From Candidatus Oxydemutatoraceae bacterium (GTDB taxonomy: Bacteria > Pseudomonadota > Gammaproteobacteria > Poriferisulfidales > Oxydemutatoraceae): a stretch of 64,000 nt of DNA. Location of the stretch: positions 448,001-512,000 of the forward strand of contig CBDCOZ010000003.1 of the NCBI GenBank assembly GCA_965220085.1, in the 5' to 3' direction. The position numbers were made by a program, and so were the translations under genes. The notes beneath the pieces were generated by a model. The model worked only from the letters and a program-made list of their open reading frames with translations. It did no database searches and had not been told where the DNA came from. Each line of letters starts with the position of its first letter. Position 1 is the first letter of the stretch. Of the stretch, positions 50,539 to 60,416 are shown piece by piece.

Positions 50539-50890
50539 AATTATTTACACCTCCATATTGGATAATAACACTAACTCAAAGACTATAGTCAATAGCCTTC
50601 ATGCCGGATAGTAGCGCTACTTTAGGAGATGCAGTCATCGGATAGGACAGGCGGCATAGATTGTCTGACGAACGGTCTAATCGCCCGATTCACGGTGTGA
50701 TTTTTCTGTGCAAAATTGCTCGCATTACCGTAGTGCCGTCATGGCTCTCCCCGGCGAGAAAGTCGGCAGAGCAGAGTCCGCCGTACGGACGGCATGCGCT
50801 GCTTATCCTTTCCAACTCTCCCACAAGGGGAGAGTATTGCCTGCCACAAGGAAGCGTGTTAGCGCAAGTCTTGCGATGAGATTGCTCGCG

Positions 50891-52132
50891 CTACCGCAGA
50901 GGCCCCTCAAGAAAGACGCGCAACCGCAAGAACAAGTTCGTCTGGCGAACGCATTCCGTCGCGCCATTCGTATTCGCCCTCGCCGGACTCATGCCCGCCC
51001 CGCAGTTGAAAACATACGGCTTCCTCTGCGGAATCATGTCAAATGTCGTCCTGACTAGTTCGTTAAGTTTATCGTTATTCGACGCATCGGTCAGCGAAAA
51101 GGGAATCCCGTTGTCCCGAAACACCTCTATCAAAAGATGTTCGCCGCCAATCGCGACGTTCAAACTGCCGCTGTGACTGATGGCCCCGTCAATGTAGCCA
51201 TCCTCGCGGCGGTATCGCCCCAAAACCGCATTCGCATAAGCCGCCGCCGCAGGGCCAAGGGTGGCGGGGTGCAGATCCTCTATGTCCCGAAAGCCGGCAA
51301 CAAGACCTTGCACCAGCGGCGACAGAGCCGCCGGAAACGCATATTCCGCTCCGAACACCTCATCGCACAACGGCGCGCCCCCGCTAAAAAAGCAACCGTC
51401 ATGACTCATCCCATCCGTTCCGCCCGAAGTCAGCGGGATTTCGCATTTGATCGGGGAAGTAGTGGTGGAAGCAGTCCACCCTTGGCTCAGGCATGCGCTA
51501 ACCGCCTCCCGCTGGGCGCGGTTCAAATCCGGCGCGGCAACGCAGTCCGGCCATGCGCCGATGTGCGAGTCCAAATCGCAGGAGCATTCATACTCGCCGT
51601 CTATGTTTTTGTCGGGCGGATAGCCGCCGGGGGCGGCCCCATCGCGGTCGCAGTTTGCCACAAAACGATCTTTGACAAGGACTCCGCCGACGACTCTGAC
51701 ACTGGGATGTTCCGCCGCTTTCGGGAAAACCGGCGGGTCGCCAAACATGGTCACGCAAGACGGCTCATAGGCGGTGTCGTCTCTGCGGCGGATCCAGCAA
51801 TATGTTGCGCCTACTATGCCGACGCTGTTGTATACTCTGGAGGGAATTTCGCAGACTATCCACGGGATTGAGGGCGTTGTTGTGGGAGCGTTGCTTCCTT
51901 CCTACCCCGCGCGCTCACAATCCTCCATAATCGCCACCGAGTCATCGGGAATGCAACCGGACTCATCGGGAGCGAGACCGCCAAATGATTTCGTCACGTA
52001 CGTCTGTCCTGCGGGGCATGGTTCGGTTTGCGCCGACGCGTTGTTCGCGGCAAATGCGCAAGCGAGGATTATCGCCGCGCAAATCCCGCAAATTTTAAGG
52101 GCGGCGGCAGTATTAATAATTTGTCGTTTCAT
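50891..52132 (-). pseudogene. Class A Cys-rich secreted protein with LRLRVFLEGPLR C-terminus, interrupted by one in-frame TAG
   Basis: GGAGA RBS + MKRQIIN; TAG at 51902-51904 replaces the Trp of the conserved AGW; the frame continues to the tag. Confidence 0.8.
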
Positions 52133-52185
52133 AGCATTTCTCCATATGGTTTGTATCTCGCGAATATAGTTGCGCAATAAGTCGC

Positions 52186-52392
52186 GCCATAAACAATCCG
52201 CAACAACTCAAAAAGCCACAAACAATTGATCGAGGACACACAAACAGTTGATGGAGCACAAACAATATAAGAAACCACAAACAACTGAGTGTTGTTTGTG
52301 CTCGTATATCGTTTGTGCCTCATTAAATTGTTGTTTGTGCTCTCATTACCGTGCCTCATTAAGTGTTGTTTGTGCCTCATTAAACGTTGTTT
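52186..52392. repeat. CACAAACAA/TTGTTTGTG composite element upstream of a class A gene
   Basis: Direct CACAAAC boxes, central palindrome CACAAACAAC-TGAGT-GTTGTTTGTG, then inverted boxes. Confidence 0.8.
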
Positions 52393-52578
52393 GCGCGCAT
52401 ATTCGGGGGACACACGAATCCGAGCATGATCGGACATCCCGCAAGAACACCGCCCGCGCAAGGCATCCCCCGAACCTCGTGCCGGCGCCAAGCGCGCGCT
52501 CCTCGCCGCAGAGGCGCGGAGTCCGGGGCACAGGCGACGTACGATGCGGCGAGGGATGACGACCGGCACCCATGACCA

Positions 52579-53532
52579 TCATCGCAGCGGCCCCTCAAGG
52601 AAAACGCGCAAGCGCAAGAACAAGTTCGTCTGGCGAACGCATTCCGTCGCGTCATTCGTATTCGCCCTCGCCGGAATCATGCCCGCTCCGCAGTTGAAAA
52701 CATACCGAACCGACTCCTCCTCTTCCGGAAAGGCGTAGTCTTCTCCGAACACCTCCTCGCACAGCGGCGCGCCCCCGCTAAAAAAGCAACCGTCATGATT
52801 CATATTCGTCTCGCCCGAAGTCAGCGGGATTTCGCATTTGATCGGGGAGGTGGTGGTGGAAATAGTCCACCCTTGGCTCAGGCATGCGCTAACCGCCTCC
52901 CGCTGGGCGCGGTTCAAATCCGGCGCGGCAACGCAGTTCGGCCAGTCGCCGAAGTGCGAACCCGGATCGCAGGAGCATTCGGTTTCGCCGTTGAGGTTGT
53001 GGGCCGGCGGATAGCCGCCGGGGACTTCCCCGTCGCGGTCGCAGTTTGCGACAAAGGAACCCGGACTGGCGCTGAACCCGTCGGTTTCAAGGTTGGGGTG
53101 GTCCTCCGCCCTCGGAAAAACCGGCGGGTCGCCAAACATGGTCGCGCAAGACGGCTCCGGGACGGAGGCGTCGCGGATAATCCAGCAGTAGGGGGACGCA
53201 GAACTGCCTGTTGCGCTATAGACATCGACGGGAGTGCCGCAGATCAGCGACGGTACCGAGGGGGCTGATGCGAAAGCGCTGAGTGTTGCCCACCCCGCCT
53301 TTTCACAATCACTCACAATCTTCGCCAGATTATCGGCAACGCAACCGGTATCTCCTCCCCCCGGTTTCGTCAATCGCGTTTGCCCGTCGGAGCATGGGGT
53401 TTGCGCCTGCGCCTGACCGCAGACGGCGCACATGGCGAGCAAAACCGGCAACCAAAGGCTCCGCCGCGTCATCGCCGCGCAAATCCCGCAAATGTTAAGG
53501 GCGGCGGCGGTATTAATAATTTGTCGTTTCAT
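52579..53532 (-). CDS. Class A Cys-rich secreted protein (no helical insert), LRLRVFLEGPLR C-terminus
   Basis: MKRQIIN start, signal ending AQAQ, two related Cys modules, terminal tag. Confidence 0.85.
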   Translation of the reverse strand: MKRQIINTAAALNICGICAAMTRRSLWLPVLLAMCAVCGQAQAQTPCSDGQTRLTKPGGGDTGCVADNLAKIVSDCEKAGWATLSAFASAPSVPSLICGTPVDVYSATGSSASPYCWIIRDASVPEPSCATMFGDPPVFPRAEDHPNLETDGFSASPGSFVANCDRDGEVPGGYPPAHNLNGETECSCDPGSHFGDWPNCVAAPDLNRAQREAVSACLSQGWTISTTTSPIKCEIPLTSGETNMNHDGCFFSGGAPLCEEVFGEDYAFPEEEESVRYVFNCGAGMIPARANTNDATECVRQTNLFLRLRVFLEGPLR

Positions 53533-53585
53533 AGTATTTCTCCATATGGTTTGTATCTCGCGAATGCGGTTGCGCAATGAGTCGC

Positions 53586-53792
53586 GCCATAAACAATCCG
53601 CAACAACTCAAAAAGCCACAAACAATTGATCGAGGACACACAAACAGTTGATGGAGCACAAACAATATAAGAAACCACAAACAACTGAGTGTTGTTTGTG
53701 CTCGTATATCGTTTGTGCCTCATTAAGTGTTGTTTGTGCTCTCATTACCGTGCCTCATTAAGTGTTGTTTGTGCCTCATTAAACGTTGTTTG
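53586..53792. repeat. CACAAACAA/TTGTTTGTG composite element
   Basis: Near-identical to 52186-52392. Confidence 0.8.
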
Positions 53793-53979
53793 CGCACATA
53801 TTCGGGGGACACACGAATCCGAGCACAATCGGACATCCCGCAAGAACACCGACCGCGCAAGACATTCCCCGAACCTTGTGCCGACGCCTGTCGCGCGCTC
53901 CCCTCGCCGGCGAGGCGCCGAATCCGGGGCACAGGCGACAGACGATGCGGCGAGGGATGACGACCGGTATCCGTGACTA

Positions 53980-55284
53980 TCATCGCAACGGCCCCTCCAG
54001 AAAGACGCGCAACCGCAACAGCAGGGCCGGATCCGAATCTGGTTCCTGCTGTGCGAGAACGCATTCCGTCGCGCCATTCGTATTCGCCCCCGCCGGAGAC
54101 ATGCCCTCGCCGCAGTTAAAAACATACGGATCAATCTGCGGAATCATGTCAAACGCCGCGGTAACCAACCCGGGCAATGCCGCAAGACGCGCCGCATGAT
54201 CTATCCCGCTTGCGGAAAAATCAAAAGGAATCCCATGGTCTGTGGAGAACACTTTCTCCAGCACCGAAACGGCAATGGTTCTGTTATTATCGTCGGAGTT
54301 GGCCTCTATGTTGGCAAGCGGGCCGGCAAGATAGTTCGTGTCGCGGATGTATCGCGCCAGAACCGCATCCCGATAAACTCCCGCCGCGGTTTTGATATGC
54401 GCGGAATTCCCGGAGAGGTCGGCAATGGCCTTAAAGCCGTTGAAAAGCATCTCCGCCAATCCCGAAAGCATTCTGGCGGGAAAGGCGTATTCTTCTCCGA
54501 ACACCTCCTCGCACAGCGGCGTGTCCGTGCCCGTGCTCGCGATAACAAAGCAGCCGTCATAATCCGTATCTGTCTCGACCGAAGTCAGCGGGATTTCGCA
54601 TTTGACGGCGGCGGTGGCAGTGGAAATATTCCACCCTTGGCTCGGGCATGCGCGAACCGCCTCCCGCTGGGCGCGGGTCAAATCCGGCGCGGCAACGCAG
54701 TCCGGCCATGCGCCGATGTGCGAGTCCAAATCGCAGGAACATTCGTATTCGCCGTTGAGGTTGTGGTCCGGCGGATAGCCGCCGGGGACGGTCCCATCGA
54801 GGTCGCAGTTTGCGGCAAAGATAATTGGGCCGGCGGTGACCCCGTCGGTTTCAACATTGGGGTGGTCCGATGCTTTTGGAAACCTCGGCGGGACGCCAAA
54901 CATGTCCGCGCAAGAAGGATCGCTGGCGGCAGTGCCGCGGAGAATCCAGCAAAATGTTGCGGTGGCTCTGTTGTGTAGGTTGGAGGGAATGCCGCAGACC
55001 ACCCACGGGCTTGAGGGCGCTGTTGTGGGAGCATCGAGTCCTAACCAGCCCGCTTTCTCACAATCCTCCATAATCGCCAGCGCGTCATCGGGAACGCAAC
55101 CGGGTTCATCGGGAACGGGATCCCCCCATACTTTCGTCAATAGCGTTTGCCCTTCGGGGCATGTGGTTTGCGCCTGCGCTGATGCGCTGTTCGCGGCGAA
55201 CGCGCAAGTCAATACGAGCATCATCGCCGCGCAAATCCCGCGCGTTTTAAGGGCGGCGGCAGTATTAATAATTTGTCGTTTCAT
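53980..55284 (-). CDS. Class A Cys-rich secreted protein, LRLRVFLEGPLR C-terminus
   Basis: MKRQIIN start at 55284; signal ASAQ; distinct linker (QQEPDSDPAL) before the same tag. Confidence 0.85.
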   Translation of the reverse strand: MKRQIINTAAALKTRGICAAMMLVLTCAFAANSASAQAQTTCPEGQTLLTKVWGDPVPDEPGCVPDDALAIMEDCEKAGWLGLDAPTTAPSSPWVVCGIPSNLHNRATATFCWILRGTAASDPSCADMFGVPPRFPKASDHPNVETDGVTAGPIIFAANCDLDGTVPGGYPPDHNLNGEYECSCDLDSHIGAWPDCVAAPDLTRAQREAVRACPSQGWNISTATAAVKCEIPLTSVETDTDYDGCFVIASTGTDTPLCEEVFGEEYAFPARMLSGLAEMLFNGFKAIADLSGNSAHIKTAAGVYRDAVLARYIRDTNYLAGPLANIEANSDDNNRTIAVSVLEKVFSTDHGIPFDFSASGIDHAARLAALPGLVTAAFDMIPQIDPYVFNCGEGMSPAGANTNGATECVLAQQEPDSDPALLLRLRVFLEGPLR

Positions 55285-55539
55285 AGCATTTCTCCATATG
55301 GTTTGTATCTCGTGAATATAGTTGCGCAATAAGTCGCGCCATAAACAATCCGCAAACAGTTCTAGGGGACACATGAATCCGGGCATAATCGGACATCCCG
55401 CAGGAAGACCGCCCGCGCAAGGCATCCCCCGAACCTCGTGCCGGCGCCAAGCGCGCGCTCCCCTTGCCGCAGAGGCGCGGAGTCCGGGGCACAGGCGACG
55501 TACGATGCGGCGAGGGATGGCGACCGGCACCCATGACCA

Positions 55540-56790
55540 TCATCGCAACGGCCCCTCCAGAAAGACGCGCAAGCGCAAGAACAAGTTCGTCTGGCGAACG
55601 CATTCCGTCGCGCCATTCGTATTCGCCCTCGCCGGAATCATGCCCGCCCCGCAGTTGAAAACATACGGCTCCCGAACCGGAATCTCCTCAAACGCCGCCC
55701 TGATAGCCTCCATAAGTTTCGCATCGGTGTTCGCCTCGCCCGGCGAAAAGGGAATCCCGTTGTCCTGAAACACTTCCGCCAAAAGAAATTTGCCGCCAAT
55801 CGCGGTGCGCAAACTGCCGCGGTGACTGATGGCCCCGTCAATGTAGTTTGATTCGCCGCGGTATCGCCCCAAAACCGCATCCGCATAAGCCGCCGCCGCA
55901 GCGCCATAAGTGTCGGTTTGCAGATCCCCTACGTTCCGAAAGCCGTCAACAAGACCTTGCGCCAGCGGCGACAGAGCCGCCGGAAAGGCGTATTCCGCTC
56001 CGAACACCTCATCGCACAACGGCGTACCCCCGCTAAAAAAGCAACCGTCATGACTCATCCCATCCGTTCCGCCCGAAGTCAGCGGGATTTCGCATTTGAT
56101 CGGGGAAGTAGTGGTGGAAACAGTCCACCCTTGGCTCAGGCATGCGCTAACCGCCTCCCGCTGGGCGCGGTTCAAATCCGGCGCGGCAACGCAGTCCGGC
56201 CATGCGCCGATGTGCGAGTCCAAATCGCAGGAGCATTCATACTCGCCGTCTATGTTTTTGTCGGGCGGATAGCCGCCGGGGACCGCGCCGTTGCGGTCGC
56301 AGTTTGCGACAAAGACATTCGGACTGGTGCTGACCCCGTCGGTCTGAACATTGGGATGGTCCGCCGTCCTCGGAAACACCGGCGGGTCGCCAAACATGTT
56401 CACGCAAGACGGCTCCCGGATGGAAGCGCCGCGGAGAATCCAGCAAGATGTCGCGCCTGTAAAGCCTGTTTCGTTAAAGAGTTGGGAGGGAAGGCCGCAG
56501 ACCACCCACTTCAATGAGGGCGTTGTTGTGCCGGCGTTGAGTCCTAACCATCCCGCCTCCTCACAATCCTCCATAATCGCCACCGCGTCATCGGGAACGC
56601 AACCGGTATCGGAAACGCCGCCGCCAAATGATTTCGAGAGTCGCGTTTCCCCTTCGTTGGGGCATGGTTCGGTTTGCGCCGACGCGTTGTTCGCGGCGAA
56701 AGCGCAAGCGCACATCATCGTCGCGCAGATCCCATAAATTTTAAGGGGGGCGGCGGTATTAATAATTTGTCGTTTCATAGTTCGTTTCAT
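55540..56790 (-). CDS. Class A Cys-rich secreted protein, LRLRVFLEGPLR C-terminus
   Basis: MKRTMKRQIIN start with GGAGA RBS; conserved Cys scaffold; tag. Confidence 0.85.
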   Translation of the reverse strand: MKRTMKRQIINTAAPLKIYGICATMMCACAFAANNASAQTEPCPNEGETRLSKSFGGGVSDTGCVPDDAVAIMEDCEEAGWLGLNAGTTTPSLKWVVCGLPSQLFNETGFTGATSCWILRGASIREPSCVNMFGDPPVFPRTADHPNVQTDGVSTSPNVFVANCDRNGAVPGGYPPDKNIDGEYECSCDLDSHIGAWPDCVAAPDLNRAQREAVSACLSQGWTVSTTTSPIKCEIPLTSGGTDGMSHDGCFFSGGTPLCDEVFGAEYAFPAALSPLAQGLVDGFRNVGDLQTDTYGAAAAAYADAVLGRYRGESNYIDGAISHRGSLRTAIGGKFLLAEVFQDNGIPFSPGEANTDAKLMEAIRAAFEEIPVREPYVFNCGAGMIPARANTNGATECVRQTNLFLRLRVFLEGPLR

Positions 56791-56842
56791 AGTATTTCTC
56801 CGATGGTTTGTATCTCGCGAATGCGGTTGCGCAATGAGTCGC

Positions 56843-56932
56843 GCCATAAACGATTCGCAAACAATTGATGGAGCACAAACAACCGAGTGTTGTTTGTGCT
56901 CTTATTACCGCGCCTCATTAAAATGTTGTTTG
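56843..56932. repeat. Short CACAAACAA/TTGTTTGTG element
   Basis: GCACAAACAACCGAGTGTTGTTTGTGC core plus one flanking box on each side. Confidence 0.7.
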
Positions 56933-57115
56933 CGCGGATTCCAAGGGGCAAACGAATCCGAGCGTCATCGGATCTCCCGCGCGAAGACTGACCGCGCAAG
57001 CCATCCCCTAATCCTCGCGCCGGCGCCAAGCGCGCGCGCCCCTCGCGAGAGAGGCGCGGAGTCCGAGCCGCGGGCGACGAACGATGCGAAGGATGGCGAG
57101 CGGTATCCATTGCCG

Positions 57116-58381
57116 TCATCGCAGCGGGCCCTCCAGAAAGACGCGCAGCCGCAAGAACAAGTTCGTCTGGCGAACGCATTCCGTCGCGCCATTCGTATTC
57201 GCGCTCGCCGGAGCCATGCCCGGCCCGCAGTTGAAAACATACGGCTCAATCTGCGGAATCATGTCAAACGTCGCCCGGATGAGCGCGATAAGACTCTCAT
57301 TGTCGTCCGTCGCGTCGGCCAGCGAAAAGGGAATCCCGTTGGCCCGGAATACTTCTATCAAAACGAATCCGCCGTTGACGAACTCGGCTTTCAATTGTCT
57401 TCGGTGATCGCCGATGGCTCCGTTAATATAGCCATCCTCGCGGCGGTAGCGCCCCAAAACCGCGTCCGCATAAGCCGCCGCCGCCGCGGCAATGGCGCCG
57501 GCGCGCAGAGTATCTATGAGCCGAAAGCCGTCGACAAGACCTTGCACCTGCGGCGGCAGAGAATCCGGAAAGGCATATTCCGCTCCGAACGCATCGGCGC
57601 ACAACGGCGCGCCCCCGCTAAAAAAGCAACCGGGATACTTCGTCCCGTCGCCCGAAATCAGCGGAATCTCGCATTGGATAGGGGAGGTGGTGGTGGAAAT
57701 AGTCCACCCCTGATTCGTGCATGCGCGAACCGCCTCCCGCTGGGCGCGGGTCAGAGTCGGCGCGGCAACGCAGTCCGGCCATTCGCCGATGTGCGAGTTC
57801 AAATCGCAGGAACATTCGGTTGCGCCGCCTATGTTGTGGGTCGGCGGATAGCCGCCGGGGACGGCCCCATCACGATTGCAGTTTGCCACAAAGGCCCCCG
57901 GACTAGGGGTGCTCCCGTCGGTGTTGAGATTGGGGTGGTCCGCCGCTTTCGGAAAAACCGGCGGGTTGCCATACATGTTCGCGCAATTCAGCAGACGGAA
58001 AGAGTCGCCGCGGATAATCCAGCAGAAGGGAGATGCCTCACTGCCTGTTTCGGTATAGAGTTGGGAGGGAATGCCGCAGGTCACAAACTGTGCATTGGGT
58101 TCTGTTGTGGTAGTGTCGAGTCCCGCCCACCCTGCTTTCTCGCAATCCCTCATAATCGCCACCGCGTCATTAGGAACGCAACCGGTATCATCGGGAACGC
58201 CAAAGCCAATTTCTTTCGTCAATCGCGTTTGCCCTGCGGGGCATTCGGCTTGCGTTTGCGCCGATGCGCTGTTCGCGGCGAATGCGCAAGCGAGCATCAT
58301 CGCCGCGCAGATTGCATAGAGGCGCGGAGCCCGAGCCACGGGCGACGGGCGATGCGAAGGATGACGACCGATACCCATCAT
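57116..58381 (-). CDS. Class A Cys-rich secreted protein, LRLRVFLEGPLR C-terminus
   Basis: ATG overlaps the upstream stop; signal CAAMMLACAFAANSASAQ; conserved scaffold; tag. Confidence 0.83.
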   Translation of the reverse strand: MMGIGRHPSHRPSPVARAPRLYAICAAMMLACAFAANSASAQTQAECPAGQTRLTKEIGFGVPDDTGCVPNDAVAIMRDCEKAGWAGLDTTTTEPNAQFVTCGIPSQLYTETGSEASPFCWIIRGDSFRLLNCANMYGNPPVFPKAADHPNLNTDGSTPSPGAFVANCNRDGAVPGGYPPTHNIGGATECSCDLNSHIGEWPDCVAAPTLTRAQREAVRACTNQGWTISTTTSPIQCEIPLISGDGTKYPGCFFSGGAPLCADAFGAEYAFPDSLPPQVQGLVDGFRLIDTLRAGAIAAAAAAYADAVLGRYRREDGYINGAIGDHRRQLKAEFVNGGFVLIEVFRANGIPFSLADATDDNESLIALIRATFDMIPQIEPYVFNCGPGMAPASANTNGATECVRQTNLFLRLRVFLEGPLR

Positions 58382-60030
58382 CGCAGCGGTCCCTCCAGAA
58401 AGACGCGCAACCGCAACCGCAGGCTGTCTCCCAAGTCTATGCGCATCGTGGCGGCGGCGCTGCTCTCTATGCCATCGCTGACGGTGAATCGAAACGAGGC
58501 ATAGTTTTGCGCAGGCTCGGTGCCATCGGCATCTTGATAGTAGGTGAGCGTGGGGATGTCGGACACATCCACTACGTTGTTTTGGCCCGAGCCGGATGTC
58601 ACCAGCGCGTCGCCGTCTATCAACAGTGTGCCTTTGTTCGGCGCGCCGGTAATCGTGATGCTTGCCAGAGCGCCGCCGTCCGCATCGGCAAAGCGGAAGT
58701 CGCTCGCCTTAAACGCATAGGGAGCCGCTGCGGTGGTTGAAGTAGACACGAGCACCGTGCTGGGCAAAGCCCTCGGCGCGGCATTGATGCGCACCGAGGC
58801 GCCGCAGAGCGGGCCCTCGCGTCTCGGGGTGGCGTGGTGGTCCATAAAGGCGGCGCAGGCGCGTATGTGCCTGCCCGCCCGGGCCTGGGCCTGGGTCAGG
58901 ACGAAGGCGGCGGCGGTGGCGCCCGCTATGTTGGCAAAGCCGCCGGAGGCGCTGGCGGATTGTTGCCACTGCCAGGTCAATGTGCTCTCGTCTATGCCGT
59001 TGGGCTCCGCTATGCCATGGATGCGGGCCCGCAATTCGCTGCCCTCGGCGTAGACGGAGGCCAAGACAACATTGGGTACGCTTACCTGGGGCCCGCCGGC
59101 GGCGGCGGCCTGTTCCGCTTGCGCCAGACGGATGCGGGCGAAGCCGCTTCTGGCGCTGGTCTTGTCGGCGGCGGGGTCGCCGCCCGGGCCGTCGCCATCG
59201 TCCGTCACCAGGAATCCGAACCTGCCATAGACGACCTCCAAATCGTCGACGGGGGACGGTTGCTGTCCCGATGCCGGCCAGTAAGCGAGGGCGCCGGCCT
59301 CCAGTTGCGCCGCTGTGACGGTCGTGGGGACGGTGGCGGAGGTCAGGGCGTTGCCACTCAGGGTCAGGGTGCCCGCGCTCATGCCCAGACTGTCTATGGG
59401 CAGGTTTCTCACCATGATGGCGGCCAGACTGTCGTCATCGTCATCGTCGAATGTAAAGTCTTGCGGGCGGAACTTATAGGGGGCGCTTTCGTTGGCGCCG
59501 ACGGACACTGAGATTCTGGAGTCCACCACCACCGGCGCATCGTTGGTGTTGGCGACCGGCTCGGTGGTGAGGCAGAGATTTTCCCGGTTGCCGTCGTCAT
59601 CGTCGAACATGGCGCAGACGCGGATGCGACTGCCCACATGCTCCTGGCGGGGAGTCCAGGTGGCATCGGTGTTGTCTTCTATGATGGCGAAGTTCCCGTC
59701 GCCCTGGTTGTCGTGACTCCATTGCCAACTTATGGTCGATCCGAGATTGTCGACGCCATCGGGGTCTTCTATGTCCAGAGCGCGCAATGTCACGGTGCTG
59801 TCCTCAGGCGGCGCGCCGGTCAGTTCGGTCCCGAGAGAGACGAGCCTCAGCACGCCGGTGGCGTTCTGCGCCTGCGCCTGGGCGCACAGCGCAAGCAGCG
59901 CGAACAAGGCCGGCAGGATGAGCGGGCGGAGGCTGCGCGCCATCGTTGCCCGTCGGCGCAGGGCGAGCGCTCGGAAGCCGCGCCTGCCGAATGCGGCGCG
60001 GCGGCGGGAAATTAAACTTGTCGTTTTCAT
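58378..60030 (-). CDS. Class B secreted Ig/cadherin-like repeat protein, LRLRVFLEGPLR C-terminus
   Basis: GGAGA RBS; Arg-rich n-region plus signal AQAQ; WQW..VG..IR.C modules alternate with NDAP..F.F.D.D.D.L..GTL modules; tag. Confidence 0.85.
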   Translation of the reverse strand: MKTTSLISRRRAAFGRRGFRALALRRRATMARSLRPLILPALFALLALCAQAQAQNATGVLRLVSLGTELTGAPPEDSTVTLRALDIEDPDGVDNLGSTISWQWSHDNQGDGNFAIIEDNTDATWTPRQEHVGSRIRVCAMFDDDDGNRENLCLTTEPVANTNDAPVVVDSRISVSVGANESAPYKFRPQDFTFDDDDDDSLAAIMVRNLPIDSLGMSAGTLTLSGNALTSATVPTTVTAAQLEAGALAYWPASGQQPSPVDDLEVVYGRFGFLVTDDGDGPGGDPAADKTSARSGFARIRLAQAEQAAAAGGPQVSVPNVVLASVYAEGSELRARIHGIAEPNGIDESTLTWQWQQSASASGGFANIAGATAAAFVLTQAQARAGRHIRACAAFMDHHATPRREGPLCGASVRINAAPRALPSTVLVSTSTTAAAPYAFKASDFRFADADGGALASITITGAPNKGTLLIDGDALVTSGSGQNNVVDVSDIPTLTYYQDADGTEPAQNYASFRFTVSDGIESSAAATMRIDLGDSLRLRLRVFLEGPLR

Positions 60031-60041
60031 GGCATTTTCTC

Positions 60042-60416
60042 CTATGACAGTCTGTGCGCGGTCGGCGGCCATTCCGCCATAAGCGCGAATCGTTTTGCAA
60101 GCGCCTTGGGCGCTTGTCTTGCGGGCGGCGGCGCAAGTCGCGCCGGCTTGAGTCCTGACCATCCCTTGTCCTCGCAATCCCTCAGAATCTTTAGCGCGTC
60201 ATCGGCTACGCAACCGGTATCGGAAACGCCAAAGCCAAAGACTTTCGTCAATCGCGTTTGCCCTGCGGGGCATTCGGCTTGCGTTTGCGCCGACGCGCTG
60301 TTCGCGGCGAATGCGCAAGCGAGCATCATCGCCGCGCAGATTGCACAGAGGCGCGGAGCCCGAGCCACGGGCGACGGACGATGCGAAGGATGGCGAGCGG
60401 TATCCATTGCTGTCAT
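60042..60416 (-). pseudogene. Truncated 5' fragment of a class A gene
   Basis: Signal peptide + CPAGQTRLTK..GC..DCEDKGW, then unrelated sequence; no tag. Confidence 0.7.

Noticed and set aside
56834-58504. 556-aa plus-strand ORF and similar long antisense ORFs (4986-6221, 33754-35004, 61196-62458)
   Set aside because: Shadow frames of GC-rich genes on the opposite strand, with no recognisable motifs.
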